The notes under the pieces were generated by a model, which was not told the origin of the DNA, did not search any database, and worked only from the letters and a program-made list of their open reading frames with translations. From contig CAYMYO010000002.1 of assembly GCA_964394685.1 (NCBI GenBank), positions 98,148-162,147 of the forward strand: DNA of 64,000 nt, given 5' to 3'. Source of the stretch: an uncultured Gammaproteobacteria bacterium. GTDB lineage: Bacteria > Patescibacteriota > Microgenomatia > UBA10105 > UBA927. Every line of letters starts with the position of its first letter. Position 1 is the stretch's first letter. Shown piece by piece: positions 39,166 through 50,069 of this stretch. A program made the translations under genes and the position numbers.

Positions 39166-39717
39166 ATGCTATATATTTTGGGGGGAGCATCAAGATCAGG
39201 AAAATCCATAATTGCCCGTAGATTTGTTTCGGAAAAGCAAATACCTTTTTTTTGCTTAGACGTTTTAATTACCTCTTTGCAAGAGATCCCATCCCTAGAC
39301 ATTAAACATGGGCAACCTATTATAAGCAAATCAGAAAAGCTGTGGCCGGTAGTTAAACCACTACTTACTCATTTATTTAGGGAGGAACTAAATTATTTGA
39401 TTGAAGGTGATGGGATACTTCCAAGCAAGATAGCCGAATTAATAAAGGATTTTTCAAATGAAATTAAAGCATGTTTTGTCGGCTTTTCTGAGATAAGTCT
39501 TCAAGACAAATTCAAGAAAATAAAAGAATTTGGAGAGAACAAAGATGACTGGACAAAAAGAGTTTCTGATGAAAAATTAATGTCAAACATTGAGGATATG
39601 ATTATGTTTAGTAAGTATCTTAAATCTGAGTGTAATAAATATAACATTCGTTATTTTGATTCATCTGATAATTTTTGTGAATATCTTGAAAACGTATTTC
39701 AGTATTTAACAAAATAA
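39166..39717 (+). CDS. P-loop kinase-like protein
   Basis: ILGGASRSGKS, LIEGDGILP; ATG 39166 lies 6 nt after TATAAT. Confidence 0.75.
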   Translation: MLYILGGASRSGKSIIARRFVSEKQIPFFCLDVLITSLQEIPSLDIKHGQPIISKSEKLWPVVKPLLTHLFREELNYLIEGDGILPSKIAELIKDFSNEIKACFVGFSEISLQDKFKKIKEFGENKDDWTKRVSDEKLMSNIEDMIMFSKYLKSECNKYNIRYFDSSDNFCEYLENVFQYLTK

Positions 39718-39730
39718 GTTTGAATCTCCT

Positions 39731-41257
39731 CTACCGCTCCGTCATTATATATTTTAAGGCCGTCTTGTTGTTGGGTTCACAGATCAGAGCATTTTCAAAA
39801 CAATGAATGGCAGTATTATAAAAACGTTGGTTTAGAAATTTTTCTCCCTGAGTGATATGATTTTGTATTGGTTGTTTGTACCAAAACGTAAGCAGGGAAG
39901 ATTTTGGATTTTCAACGGCAAATTTTGATAATGTTTTGTGGGCTAATTGATACTGATGGTTAGCAGCTTGAGCTATTGCTATATTAATAGCAACTTCAGG
40001 AATGGTGGATGCTGCCTGTTTGAAGTTGTCTATAGCTTCAGTATATTTATGTAATCCCAATAGAGCTTTTCCCCGTTTCAATGTTAAATCTGCATTCCTG
40101 TGTGTTGTGTTTTTTGAAAGTATGTTCAGAGATTCGGTGAATTTCCCTAACGCAAGTAACACGTCAATGTGATGATATCTCGGCTTGCTGTCATTCGTAT
40201 TACGTTTTTTTGTATGAATAGGTGTGGGGTTTTGTGTATAATATTCGATAATTCGTTTCTTTGCATGGGTCAGCTGGTTCGGGTAATTATTTATCTGACC
40301 TGATTTAAGAAGTGTATAAAAAAGTTGTCGGTTTTGTTTGTATTCAAGATGCTTATTTTCAGTTCTTGCGGGGTGGCTTATGTGTAAACCGGAAGCCGCA
40401 TAGACAGGTACAACAAAGTTTCCTACCGAAATTGCTTTAGCCGCTAGATGACCATCCTCACATCCCCACCCACAAAACCGCTCATCATACCCGCCGATTT
40501 CATAGTATGTAGATTTCGGCAAGCTGAAAAGTGCTCCAATAACGAGATCAGATAGAAGCCATGGATCATAGTTATTACGCATCCAGAGGCCGTGCAAATG
40601 GCCCAAATTTTTAAAATGGTTACTTGTCAGGCACATGTTGTCTGGAAATCCAGGAGAGGGGAAAGCTATTCTTTCATCTCTTACAAGAGATGAATATTGA
40701 TGGGACCCATATCGACGAATGTATTTTGGATTTATCAGAAGACTGTTTTTGGATATATTTGAACGAAAACCAGCCAACAATACGTTCGAGAATTGTCGGT
40801 GTCGCTCGATAAAATGCTCAATGGTATAGTGTGACAAAACCATGTCTGCGTCGCAAGAAATAATAATTTCATTTTCAGCAATAGAAATTCCGGTGTTTAG
40901 CGCTTGAGCTCGTCCGTGGTGTTTTTGTTTTATGGCTGTAAGATTTAATGCAAGCGTATTTTTTTTAATAATTTCCCATGTCCCGTCATCGGATCCGTCA
41001 TCTACCACGAGAACTTGCAGTCTATTTTGATGCTCTACATTAAAACTACTTTGTTCAATCGATGTTAAGCAGGAAAGTATAGATGATGCAGCATTTCTTG
41101 CTGGAATAACTACGGTTGCTGTTATTTTTTTAGCAGAAGTTGATTTTGCCGGTGGCGAAAAAGGATCCAGCAGGTCTAATTTATTAACCTTAAAGTATTT
41201 TTCCTCAATTTGGGAATAGTCGTTGCTTTTTTTCTCAAGAGCTTTTTTTTGATTCAT
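39731..41257 (-). CDS. GT2 glycosyltransferase with C-terminal TPR repeats
   Basis: VVIPARN, VVDDGSDDGT, CDADM, GGYDERF.GWG.ED; helical TPR-like tail. Confidence 0.88.
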   Translation of the reverse strand: MNQKKALEKKSNDYSQIEEKYFKVNKLDLLDPFSPPAKSTSAKKITATVVIPARNAASSILSCLTSIEQSSFNVEHQNRLQVLVVDDGSDDGTWEIIKKNTLALNLTAIKQKHHGRAQALNTGISIAENEIIISCDADMVLSHYTIEHFIERHRQFSNVLLAGFRSNISKNSLLINPKYIRRYGSHQYSSLVRDERIAFPSPGFPDNMCLTSNHFKNLGHLHGLWMRNNYDPWLLSDLVIGALFSLPKSTYYEIGGYDERFCGWGCEDGHLAAKAISVGNFVVPVYAASGLHISHPARTENKHLEYKQNRQLFYTLLKSGQINNYPNQLTHAKKRIIEYYTQNPTPIHTKKRNTNDSKPRYHHIDVLLALGKFTESLNILSKNTTHRNADLTLKRGKALLGLHKYTEAIDNFKQAASTIPEVAINIAIAQAANHQYQLAHKTLSKFAVENPKSSLLTFWYKQPIQNHITQGEKFLNQRFYNTAIHCFENALICEPNNKTALKYIMTER

Positions 41258-42110
41258 TGTATGTTGGTTTTTGCAAAACCCATATAACAGCAACAGGTAA
41301 TCCTTCGAGCGCTTTGGATATGGTTGTTATATTTAGTTTGGACCCCTTTTGTAGAATTTGAATCTGTTCTGTCATTATTTTCGGTTCCTGACATTGTAGT
41401 ATTTTGAGAGACGCCTTATTAAACGCATTGATGTATGTACTATGCCAGAAAACATTATCTTTAATATAACCCCACCCGTCTTTTTTATCATGGAACTCTG
41501 CGTGAGCACCTAATGCGACAAGCCAGGGATGTACGCTTGAAATCACAATATATCCGCCAGGGAGTACGACCCGGGTAAGTTCTTTGATAACTTCGTCAAT
41601 ATTTGTTACATAATGTATTGCGAGTCCGCATACCACGAGGTTAAATTTTTCGTTTTCAAAGGGTAGTGTATTTAAGTCACCCTGGATAAAGTTTATATTT
41701 TTGTTTTTCTTTTTTGCTAATTTAAGCATGTCGTCCGATATATCAATTCCCGTTACATTGTGTCCAATTGAATTAAGAAATGCACTATATCTTCCTGTGC
41801 CACAAGCTGCATCTAAGGCGGCACCAGGAGTAAATTTTTTCAATATTGATTTAACAACAGGTTCTTCAACTTGAATTAAGATATTTTGCTCTTTATCATA
41901 TGTTTTTGACCATATCTTATATCCTGTTTTAATACCATGTTCAATTGCTTTTTGGTCACGAATATTGTGGACGTCTTTTTCGGTCCTGGAGATAAATGAA
42001 ATTTCTTTAAAAATAGACAATATAGACGCATTATTTCCAATAAGCCAATTTCTCAGTAACGCTAAACCGGCATATCCGAGCGCGCGTTGTTTTTCGTAGT
42101 TGATAACCAT
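41235..42110 (-). CDS. Class I SAM-dependent methyltransferase
   Basis: ALDAACGTGR, GIDIS..ML, LPF, RVVLPGG. Confidence 0.88.
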   Translation of the reverse strand: MVINYEKQRALGYAGLALLRNWLIGNNASILSIFKEISFISRTEKDVHNIRDQKAIEHGIKTGYKIWSKTYDKEQNILIQVEEPVVKSILKKFTPGAALDAACGTGRYSAFLNSIGHNVTGIDISDDMLKLAKKKNKNINFIQGDLNTLPFENEKFNLVVCGLAIHYVTNIDEVIKELTRVVLPGGYIVISSVHPWLVALGAHAEFHDKKDGWGYIKDNVFWHSTYINAFNKASLKILQCQEPKIMTEQIQILQKGSKLNITTISKALEGLPVAVIWVLQKPTYNESKKSS

Positions 42111-42150
42111 TATCCTGTATAATAAGATAGTCTGTTTGAAAGGGCAATAT

Positions 42151-43359
42151 ATGGATCCATACTATAAGAAAGACATAACGTTTCACTATAATGACCGTGA
42201 GTTACATTTTCGTGTTTCACAATCACTGTTTAGTTCGCAGGATATTGATTTGGGAACCAGGCATCTCATTAAGACTATTGCAGATGTCAAACTACAAAAC
42301 TGTAGAAAAATATTAGATTTAGGATGTGGCTACGGACCTATCGGTATTGCCTTAAAAACTGTGCACCCATCCAGTGAAGTTCAGATGGTTGATAAGGATG
42401 CTCTCGCCCTTAGTTATTGCTGCCAAAATCTTGAACTTAATAATCTATCAGGTGTCAAAGTATATGCTAGTCTTGGCTACGACGATGTTGCAGATAACGA
42501 TTTCGATTTAATAGTTTCAAATATTCCCGCAAAGGTAGGAGATAGAGTCATTACACATATGCTAAAGGATTCCAGATTTCATCTCAAACGCGGCGGTCGA
42601 ATGGCTATCGTCGTTATAGATGCCATAGGTGATTACATAACTAAAGAACTCAACGATTCTGGAATAAATATAGTGTTTACTAAAAAATGGCCAGGGTATT
42701 TAGTTTTTCACTATGAATTTTTACCGGCGCATGTTTCAAATACGAGGCAGTCTCCAGATTCATTTATGAGCGGTATTTATGATCGTGAGCAAAAACTCAT
42801 TACTCGCGATGGGATTAGTTTTTTTATACAAACAACATATAATTTACCAGAATTTGACACGATTAGTTATGAAACAGATTTAGTGCTTAATTCTCTAAAG
42901 ATATTTAGAAATAAACAGTTTAATACCGTTCTGGTATTTAACCCCAGACAGGGATATATTCCTGTTACACTGTCTAAAATAACAAGCGTTCGAAAAATTT
43001 GTCTTGTTGATCGGGATATGCAAGCATTAAAATTGTCACAAAAAAACCTTTTGTCCAATGGGTACCCAGCGGAGAATATATCGTTAACACATCAGGTAGG
43101 AATTTCTATTCAGGACGAAGAGTTAATTGATTGCATAGTGGGGGTTCTGGATGAGGATAATAATCTAGATATTCAGTCTCTCTATTTACAAGAAGCAGCA
43201 AGCCAGATTTCGAAAAGCGGAATTGTAATTTTTGCAGCAGGTTCCACTATGATTACGCGTCTGGAGGGTTTGCTTCATAGACAAAAAATTTTGCAAATAG
43301 TAGCAAGAAAGCGATCAAAAGGGAAAAGCGTTATCATCATGAAACGCAAAGCTCAATAA
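42151..43359 (+). CDS. RsmC-like two-domain methyltransferase
   Basis: LFSSQDIDLGT, LDLGCGYGPIG, IVSNIP; degenerate second domain. Confidence 0.8.
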   Translation: MDPYYKKDITFHYNDRELHFRVSQSLFSSQDIDLGTRHLIKTIADVKLQNCRKILDLGCGYGPIGIALKTVHPSSEVQMVDKDALALSYCCQNLELNNLSGVKVYASLGYDDVADNDFDLIVSNIPAKVGDRVITHMLKDSRFHLKRGGRMAIVVIDAIGDYITKELNDSGINIVFTKKWPGYLVFHYEFLPAHVSNTRQSPDSFMSGIYDREQKLITRDGISFFIQTTYNLPEFDTISYETDLVLNSLKIFRNKQFNTVLVFNPRQGYIPVTLSKITSVRKICLVDRDMQALKLSQKNLLSNGYPAENISLTHQVGISIQDEELIDCIVGVLDEDNNLDIQSLYLQEAASQISKSGIVIFAAGSTMITRLEGLLHRQKILQIVARKRSKGKSVIIMKRKAQ

Positions 43360-43810
43360 ACTCTTTTGGTGAAATGATTACCCCAGTAAAGAGCTACCGG
43401 TCGCATGAGGAAGAAAAAAATTTCTGAGTTATACTTTAGTCTTCTGTGGACATCTAATTTTTTCTTGAACTACATCCGCTTTTCCGATTTTGATGGGATT
43501 AATCAGTTCCTGTAGCCAATATGCGTTCGTTGGTAAAGCGTCTACCGAAGCGGTGATAATATATTTCCCTAAAGCACGGCTACAAACAAAATCCCGGCTT
43601 TTTCCAAACATAAATTCTTCAGGCTTAATACGAGTTATGTTTGTTGTGTATGATTGGAGTTTATTAAAGGTTTCATCTCCTTTGCCGTAATATAATACAA
43701 CCAGTCCGATAGGGAAGATTTACTTTTTGAGTTTTCAGTTTTTTTAAAAATTTGTCCAAGATTTTTCCAGTGTCTCTCACCATTATGGTTACTGAAATTA
43801 AATCTCTCAT
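43360..43810 (-). pseudogene. Frameshifted, truncated GT2 (rhamnosyltransferase-like) gene
   Basis: MRDLISVTIMVRD...KVNLP [frameshift near 43711] ...IKPEEFMFGKSRD...SVDALPTNAYWLQELINP, stop at 43429; 3' limit approximate. Confidence 0.7.
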
Positions 43811-43812
43811 AC

Positions 43813-44787
43813 TTATTTCCAGTTTTTAGGTGTTAAACCGCTAGGCAACTCAAGTTTCGTATATGTATATTCCTGCGGCCCTTGCTGTTTCACCCAGTTC
43901 CAGGTCTCCTCCAATGCTTTTTGAAATGGCGTATCTTTGTAGCCGAACACCTGTTTGATTAACGTATGATCTGGCACGGCAGTATTAATTTCCTGTACCC
44001 GATCTGGTAAGTATGCCGGTAAAATAGAACGTTTGCATATTTTTTGGATAGCTTCAGAGAGTTCGTTTATTGACCAATCCATATCCGAACCAACGTTAAA
44101 TGTCATTCCTGCAACCTGTTCGAATCCACAACGATAGATGATATAAACAACATCTTTAACATAGGAGAAGCAGCGTCGCATTTCGCCGTTCCCATATATG
44201 GAGTACGGTTTATTTCTCAGGATGTGATTCATAAAAAGTGTCACAACGTTCCGATATGGATCTTTCATGTTTTGCCTCGGTCCGAATACGTTGTGAGGTC
44301 TGACGATAACGAATTCAAATCCGTGTACCTGACTCATCACTTTAAGTGAATTTTCGTTTGTGAGTTTGCTGATTCCGTAAATATCCTGCGGAATCGGAGT
44401 GTCCGATTCTTTAAAGGTTATTGTGATTGACCCATACACGGCGACACTGGAAGTAAAAACGAACCGCTTTATTTTTTTTGCCCGAATAGACGGGACGAGC
44501 GTGTTGAAAAAAACATTTATATTATTATTCGTTATTTCAATAGGAGAGAACAACGATTTACCTTCTGCGGCATCAGCCGCTAGTCCATACACTATTTCTG
44601 GGGAAATCGACTCAATTATCCTTTTAGACTTCTCGGTGTCTTTAAGATCTAGATAAAAATTATGGCATTTCGTATTCTCGTTCCTATTGGTTCCGGAGAT
44701 TCCATAGACCTCATGTCCTTTTGACAACAACAGATCGACAAGATGTGACCCGATAAATCCGGAATGGCCAGTTACAAGACATTTCAT
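43813..44787 (-). CDS. NAD-dependent nucleotide-sugar epimerase/dehydratase
   Basis: LVTGHSGFIGSH, SSVAVYG, YGISK, RPHNVFGP. Confidence 0.93.
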   Translation of the reverse strand: MKCLVTGHSGFIGSHLVDLLLSKGHEVYGISGTNRNENTKCHNFYLDLKDTEKSKRIIESISPEIVYGLAADAAEGKSLFSPIEITNNNINVFFNTLVPSIRAKKIKRFVFTSSVAVYGSITITFKESDTPIPQDIYGISKLTNENSLKVMSQVHGFEFVIVRPHNVFGPRQNMKDPYRNVVTLFMNHILRNKPYSIYGNGEMRRCFSYVKDVVYIIYRCGFEQVAGMTFNVGSDMDWSINELSEAIQKICKRSILPAYLPDRVQEINTAVPDHTLIKQVFGYKDTPFQKALEETWNWVKQQGPQEYTYTKLELPSGLTPKNWK

Positions 44788-44868
44788 AATAAGTACCTGA
44801 ATTATCTGCTTTTTGGCCCGTAACATCAACTGTTGAGTAATGAGTACCGTTGAAGTACAATTATATCA

Positions 44869-46005
44869 ATGAAGAGGCTGGTTCTCACCGCACAGGATTT
44901 TGCATTTGGATCAATAGGGCCACTACTGTATCTTGCGGATCTGCTCAAAGACAAAGAACATGAGTTGATTTTTGTCGGTTTTGGTACTTCTTTGCAACTT
45001 GCTAAAAAATTCCCGTTTGACGAAATTTATGAGCTGGATACCGAAGATCCTAAAACCACTGCAGAGCTAGAGGCAATCATATCCAAATCAGACGCCGTCA
45101 TTAGCTGTACAGATATTCCAAGTATTATAGCTGCCAAGAAGTTTAAAAAAATAACGGTTTGGGAAGATATTTTATTTTGGTTCTGGCCGGAAATTCCAGA
45201 AGCGCTCTTTGATGTCGATCTATATATTCGTGAACGGGCGTTTGACGCAAGCGTGAATGAGGCTAGATATGGTACTAAGATAAAAAACCTTTTCACGGTG
45301 GGTCCGATTATGGGTACCGTTCAAAAACGTATTAGGACGAATCAAGCAATTATTTCATACGGCGGTGCACAGGCGACGCATGTGTATCAGGTCGGCAAAG
45401 ATACTAATTACCCCTTCGTCATGACAGATATTTTATCTAAATATGTTGATTGGTCAGATTTTAAGCGTGTGATTTTAGCGACCAGTGAACAAGTGATTGA
45501 ACAATTGAAAACTCGTTTTTCGAACACACCATTTGAATTTGCCACACTTGCACACGATACATTTTTAACGGAGATGTCTCGGTCTCAGGTAATACTCATC
45601 ACTCCTGGCTTGATAACAACGCAATGTGCTTTTTATTCGGAAACTCCGGTAATTTTTCTTCCGGGATCAAACGATAGTCAGTATTTGCAGATAAATGATC
45701 TGCGTAGCCTCGGTTTGGCGCCAGCGTCTGTTGGGTTAAATGATTTTCTTCCAAAGCTCGATTTATTACACCTGCCCGGTAGTGAAAGTACGAAGCTAGT
45801 GATGGAACAATTACGGTTACTTGAAAAATCGCTGGACACTCAGATGCAAATTGGTACTCGTATAAATGAGTTAGTTAAAACTCGTGATATTTGGTCCAAG
45901 GAATCTGTACCTAAAGGCAAAATGTATATAGATTCGTTGGGAGGTAATGGAGCTAGTTTAGCAGCAAAAAAAATTAAGAAACTTTTAACTTTGCAAAATA
46001 AGTAA
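44869..46005 (+). CDS. GT-B-fold glycosyltransferase, resembles cytosylglucuronate-synthase-related proteins
   Basis: DFAFGS, WEDILFWFW, VGPI, ISYGG, TPGLIT, LPGSNDSQ; family assignment from memory only. Confidence 0.5.
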   Translation: MKRLVLTAQDFAFGSIGPLLYLADLLKDKEHELIFVGFGTSLQLAKKFPFDEIYELDTEDPKTTAELEAIISKSDAVISCTDIPSIIAAKKFKKITVWEDILFWFWPEIPEALFDVDLYIRERAFDASVNEARYGTKIKNLFTVGPIMGTVQKRIRTNQAIISYGGAQATHVYQVGKDTNYPFVMTDILSKYVDWSDFKRVILATSEQVIEQLKTRFSNTPFEFATLAHDTFLTEMSRSQVILITPGLITTQCAFYSETPVIFLPGSNDSQYLQINDLRSLGLAPASVGLNDFLPKLDLLHLPGSESTKLVMEQLRLLEKSLDTQMQIGTRINELVKTRDIWSKESVPKGKMYIDSLGGNGASLAAKKIKKLLTLQNK

Positions 46006-46091
46006 TCCACAATATTTCGACCAGGATTATAGGATTATTCAAATCATAAAAAGAGGAAGCACATTGGGATATACTGAAATAGTACATTCTC

Positions 46092-46120
46092 TAGACATAC
46101 AACACTTTTTTTTGTACAAT
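46092..46120 (+). promoter_or_regulatory. Sigma70-type promoter for fusA-tuf
   Basis: TAGACA (46092-46097), 17-nt spacer, TACAAT (46115-46120). Confidence 0.65.
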
Positions 46121-46137
46121 AGGGAATAAGAAAGCAT

Positions 46138-46165
46138 GAACTGCTTTGTGAAAGCAGTTCTTTTT
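46138..46165 (+). terminator. Terminator-like hairpin in the fusA leader
   Basis: GAACTGCTTT-GTG-AAAGCAGTTC followed by TTTTT. Confidence 0.65.
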
Positions 46166-46174
46166 ATGTCTATG

Positions 46175-46305
46175 CCACGTAGTGAATTTCGCTCAATGTT
46201 GAAAGCATTGAATAAATGATTTCATTCGTTGGCTATTGTATAAATGTTATTTTAAAGAAAAGAAGATTGATATTTCGTAAGAAATAGCGAAATTCTACTA
46301 CCTGG
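46175..46305. mobile_element. 131-bp MITE-like element at the fusA start codon
   Basis: TIRs CCACGTAGTGAATTTCGCT and AGCGAAATTCTACTACCTGG; TATG at 46171-46174 and 46306-46309; ends resemble those at 9548-9860. Confidence 0.75.
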
Positions 46306-46306
46306 T

Positions 46307-48409
46307 ATGGCTACACAAAATGTGACTGTTACAGAAAACCGTGATGTCCCGCTTGAAAAAGTGCGGAACATCGGAATTATTGCACACATTGATGCAGGGA
46401 AAACCACAACCACAGAGCGGATTCTGTACTACACCGGTAAAAGTTACAAAATCGGCGACATCGATGAAGGAACAACGGTCATGGACTGGATGGATCAGGA
46501 ACGGGAACGCGGAATTACGATTGTGTCAGCTGCAACAACCACATTTTGGAATGGATACCGGTTTAACATTATTGATACTCCGGGACACGTCGATTTTACA
46601 GCTGAAGTTGAGCGGTCACTTCGGGTTCTTGACGGAGGAATTACGGTTCTTGATGGAGAAGAAGGCGTGCAGTCTCAATCAGAAACAGTGTGGCGGCAAG
46701 CAGACAAGTACAAAGTTCCCCGCATTTGTTTTGTGAACAAAATGGATAAACTGGGAGCTGATCTTGATACGACTGTTGCCTCAATAGAAGATAGATTAGG
46801 AGCCCGAACTGCTGTTATGGTAGTTCCAATCGGTCGGGAAAGTTTATATAAAGGGAATGTCGATTTACTGACTCAAAAAGCAATGGTGTGGCACAGCGAT
46901 GATCTTGGAGCTACATTTGATGTCATTGAAATCCCTGAAGAATTAAAAAAATTAGCTGAAGAACGTCGACATAAGCTCGTTGAACGGATTAGCGAGACAG
47001 ATGATGTGCTCATTGAAAAGTTTTTAGGCGGAGTTGATCCAACTGTCGATGAACTCAAAGCCGCACTTCGAAAAGCAGTGATTGGATATAAACTTGTCCC
47101 TGTGTATGCAGGTACTTCGCTTCGTAATAAAGGCGTGCAGCCGCTTCTTGATGCAGTTGTTGATTATCTTCCATCTCCTCTTGATATGCCGGATGTGACC
47201 GGAACTGATCCCAGAACCAATGAACCTGCAACACGAAAACGTAATGAGATAGACTTTTTTACTGGACTAGCTTTTAAGATTCAAATTGACCCGCATGTAG
47301 GAAAACTCACGTATGTCCGTATCTATTCAGGAAAAATTGAATCAGGTTCCTACGCGTATAATTCCAGTAAAGGAATTAAAGAGCGTATCGGACGCTTACT
47401 TCTTATGCACGCAAACCAGCGGGAGGAAATTAAAGAAGCATTTGCGGGAGAAATTGTGGCTGTTGTTGGGTTTAAGGACACGATCACCGGTGACACGATT
47501 GCAGATGCAGAAAATCCTATCATTTTAGAACAAATTACCTTTCCGGAGCCGGTCATATCTCTTGCTATTGAACCGAAGACGAAAAATGATCAGGAGAAAA
47601 TGGGATACGCGCTTCAACGACTTGCTGAAGAAGACCCGACATTTAAAGTGAAATCCAATCAGGAAACCAACCAGACTATTATTTGGGGAATGGGGGAGCT
47701 GCATTTGGATGTTCTTGTGGACCGAATGAAGCGGGAATTTAAAGTGGAAGCAAATGTCGGAGCGCCGCAAGTTGCATACAAGGAAACAATTACCCGTATG
47801 GCCGAAGGAGAAGGAAAATATATCAAACAAACCGGAGGTCATGGACAATACGGGCATTGTTGGCTTCGGATTGAACCAAAACCAAGAGGAGAAGGATTTG
47901 AATTTATTGATGAGATTAAAGGCGGCGCTATTCCACGGGAGTTTATTAAGCCAGTTGAAAAAGGTGTCGTTGAAGCTATGGAAAATGGCTGTATCGCAGG
48001 ATATCCGCTTGTGGATATGTCAGTTGCGCTCTACGACGGAACATATCATGATGTTGATTCTTCCGAGCTTGCGTTTAAAATTGCCGGCAGCATGGCACTT
48101 CAGGCAGCGGTCAAACAAGCAGGAGTGACGATTTTAGAGCCAATTATGAAGGTCGAAGTGACAACGCCAGATGAATATATGGGAGATGTGATCGGTGATT
48201 TATCCAGCAAACGTGCCCAAATTATGGGAACTCAAAAACGAGGAAATACGACCATCATTTTAGCACAAGTTCCCCTTGCTGAGCTTTCCGGATACGCAAC
48301 AACGCTTCGGTCTTTGTCTAAGGGTCGGGCTTCCTACTATATGGAGCCAAGTCACTACGAAGAAGTACCGAAGAACATTCAGGAAAAGATCATTGCGAAA
48401 AAAGTGTAA
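46307..48409 (+). CDS. fusA: Elongation factor G
   Basis: [35 protein letters not shown]. Confidence 0.99.
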   Translation: MATQNVTVTENRDVPLEKVRNIGIIAHIDAGKTTTTERILYYTGKSYKIGDIDEGTTVMDWMDQERERGITIVSAATTTFWNGYRFNIIDTPGHVDFTAEVERSLRVLDGGITVLDGEEGVQSQSETVWRQADKYKVPRICFVNKMDKLGADLDTTVASIEDRLGARTAVMVVPIGRESLYKGNVDLLTQKAMVWHSDDLGATFDVIEIPEELKKLAEERRHKLVERISETDDVLIEKFLGGVDPTVDELKAALRKAVIGYKLVPVYAGTSLRNKGVQPLLDAVVDYLPSPLDMPDVTGTDPRTNEPATRKRNEIDFFTGLAFKIQIDPHVGKLTYVRIYSGKIESGSYAYNSSKGIKERIGRLLLMHANQREEIKEAFAGEIVAVVGFKDTITGDTIADAENPIILEQITFPEPVISLAIEPKTKNDQEKMGYALQRLAEEDPTFKVKSNQETNQTIIWGMGELHLDVLVDRMKREFKVEANVGAPQVAYKETITRMAEGEGKYIKQTGGHGQYGHCWLRIEPKPRGEGFEFIDEIKGGAIPREFIKPVEKGVVEAMENGCIAGYPLVDMSVALYDGTYHDVDSSELAFKIAGSMALQAAVKQAGVTILEPIMKVEVTTPDEYMGDVIGDLSSKRAQIMGTQKRGNTTIILAQVPLAELSGYATTLRSLSKGRASYYMEPSHYEEVPKNIQEKIIAKKV

Positions 48410-48485
48410 TATGTGTTACAATCACATTCGCTTGCAACATAAGCACAGTTTTTTTATTGGTTAACTAAAAATTTAAGGAGGAACT

Positions 48486-49673
48486 ATGGCAGACCAACAA
48501 AAGTTTGTTCGTAATAAACCACATCTAAATATTGGTACTATCGGTCACGTTGACCATGGAAAAACAACACTTACTTCAGCTATTACCCACGTTTTGGCAA
48601 AAAAGGGTTTAGCAAAAGCCCTCAAATATGAAGAAATTGATAGTGCTCCAGAGGAAAAAGCTCGTGGAGTCACGATTAACATTCATCATTCTGAATACGA
48701 AACAGAAAAACGACATTATGCACACATTGATGCTCCAGGGCATGCTGACTATGTCAAAAACATGATTACCGGTGCCGCTCAAATGGATGGCGCAATTTTG
48801 GTTGTTTCAGCTCCTGATGGTCCAATGCCGCAAACAAGGGAGCACATACTCCTTGCTAAACAAGTCAATGTTCCGGCAATTATCGTATTTATGAATAAAT
48901 GCGATATGGTGCAGGATAAAGAATTGTTGGACCTTGTTGAGATGGAAGTTCGGGAACTGTTGACAAAATACGGGTTCCCGGGAGATAAGACTCCGGTTAT
49001 TCGAGGATCAGCGCTGAAAGCCCTTCAAGGAGATCCGGAAGCCGAAGCAAGTATTACCGAGCTTATGAAAACAGTGGATGAGTATGTTTCAGATCCAGTT
49101 CGTCCAACAGACAAACCATTCCTTATGCCTATCGAGGACGTATTTTCAATCAAAGGTCGGGGAACAGTGGTGACCGGACGAATTGAACGCGGTAAAGTGA
49201 AAATTAACGAAACTGTTGAAATTGTTGGTATTAAACCCACGCAATCAACGGTTGTAACAGGAGTCGAGATGTTTCGAAAACTTCTTGATGAAGGAATAGC
49301 TGGAGACAACGTCGGCGTACTGCTTCGCGGAATTGAAAAAGACCAAGTGGAGCGTGGACAGGTGCTAGCAGCGCCTGGAAGTGTGAAACCACATACACAA
49401 TTTGAAGCAGAAATTATCGTACTTGCGAAAGAAGAAGGTGGACGACATACGCCATTCTTTTCAGGGTACCGACCACAATTCTATATAAGAACGACAGATG
49501 TAACTGGAGAAGTCACACTTCCACAAGGAGTTGAGATGGTTATGCCTGGGGACAACACCAAAATGACAGCTAAACTTATCGTTCCAGTTGCTCTTGAGGA
49601 AGGCGTGCGATTCGCTATCAGGGAAGGTGGACATACGGTAGGAGCTGGAGTCGTTACAAAAATTATAGAGTAA
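48486..49673 (+). CDS. tuf: Elongation factor Tu
   Basis: [31 protein letters not shown]. Confidence 0.99.
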   Translation: MADQQKFVRNKPHLNIGTIGHVDHGKTTLTSAITHVLAKKGLAKALKYEEIDSAPEEKARGVTINIHHSEYETEKRHYAHIDAPGHADYVKNMITGAAQMDGAILVVSAPDGPMPQTREHILLAKQVNVPAIIVFMNKCDMVQDKELLDLVEMEVRELLTKYGFPGDKTPVIRGSALKALQGDPEAEASITELMKTVDEYVSDPVRPTDKPFLMPIEDVFSIKGRGTVVTGRIERGKVKINETVEIVGIKPTQSTVVTGVEMFRKLLDEGIAGDNVGVLLRGIEKDQVERGQVLAAPGSVKPHTQFEAEIIVLAKEEGGRHTPFFSGYRPQFYIRTTDVTGEVTLPQGVEMVMPGDNTKMTAKLIVPVALEEGVRFAIREGGHTVGAGVVTKIIE

Positions 49674-49688
49674 GAAGGATATTTAACA

Positions 49689-49997
49689 ATGCCAAAAGGT
49701 CGAATTCGCGTACGTTTAAAAGCATACGACAGCAGAGTTATTGATGATTGCTGTCAGAAAATTCTTGATGTAGCAGTCAGGACTGGCGCTCGTGTGGTAG
49801 GACCTGTACCCTTACCTACATCCAAGGAACATTTTAACGTGCAGCGCGCAACGTTTATCGACAGAAACAGTCGGGAAGATTTCATGATTGCGACGCATAA
49901 ACGGCTTGTAGATATCATAGAGCCGACGGATAAGACGATTGATCAACTCATGCATTTGGATTTACCTGCTGGAGTTGATGTAGAGATAAAGATGTAA
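49689..49997 (+). CDS. rpsJ: 30S ribosomal protein S10
   Basis: IRVRLKAYD, GPVPLPT, HKRLVDI. Confidence 0.97.
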   Translation: MPKGRIRVRLKAYDSRVIDDCCQKILDVAVRTGARVVGPVPLPTSKEHFNVQRATFIDRNSREDFMIATHKRLVDIIEPTDKTIDQLMHLDLPAGVDVEIKM

Positions 49998-50014
49998 TCC
50001 GTCAGCTGGCGGAT
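49997..50014. repeat. Palindrome ATCCGTCAGCTGGCGGAT, copy 3
   Basis: One mismatch to the 28174 copy; abuts the rpsJ stop codon. Confidence 0.75.
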
Positions 50015-50069
50015 CATGAGATACTTTGGTATGCTCGCGTTTTGAGTCCAAAAGTCTCGGAGACGTTGT

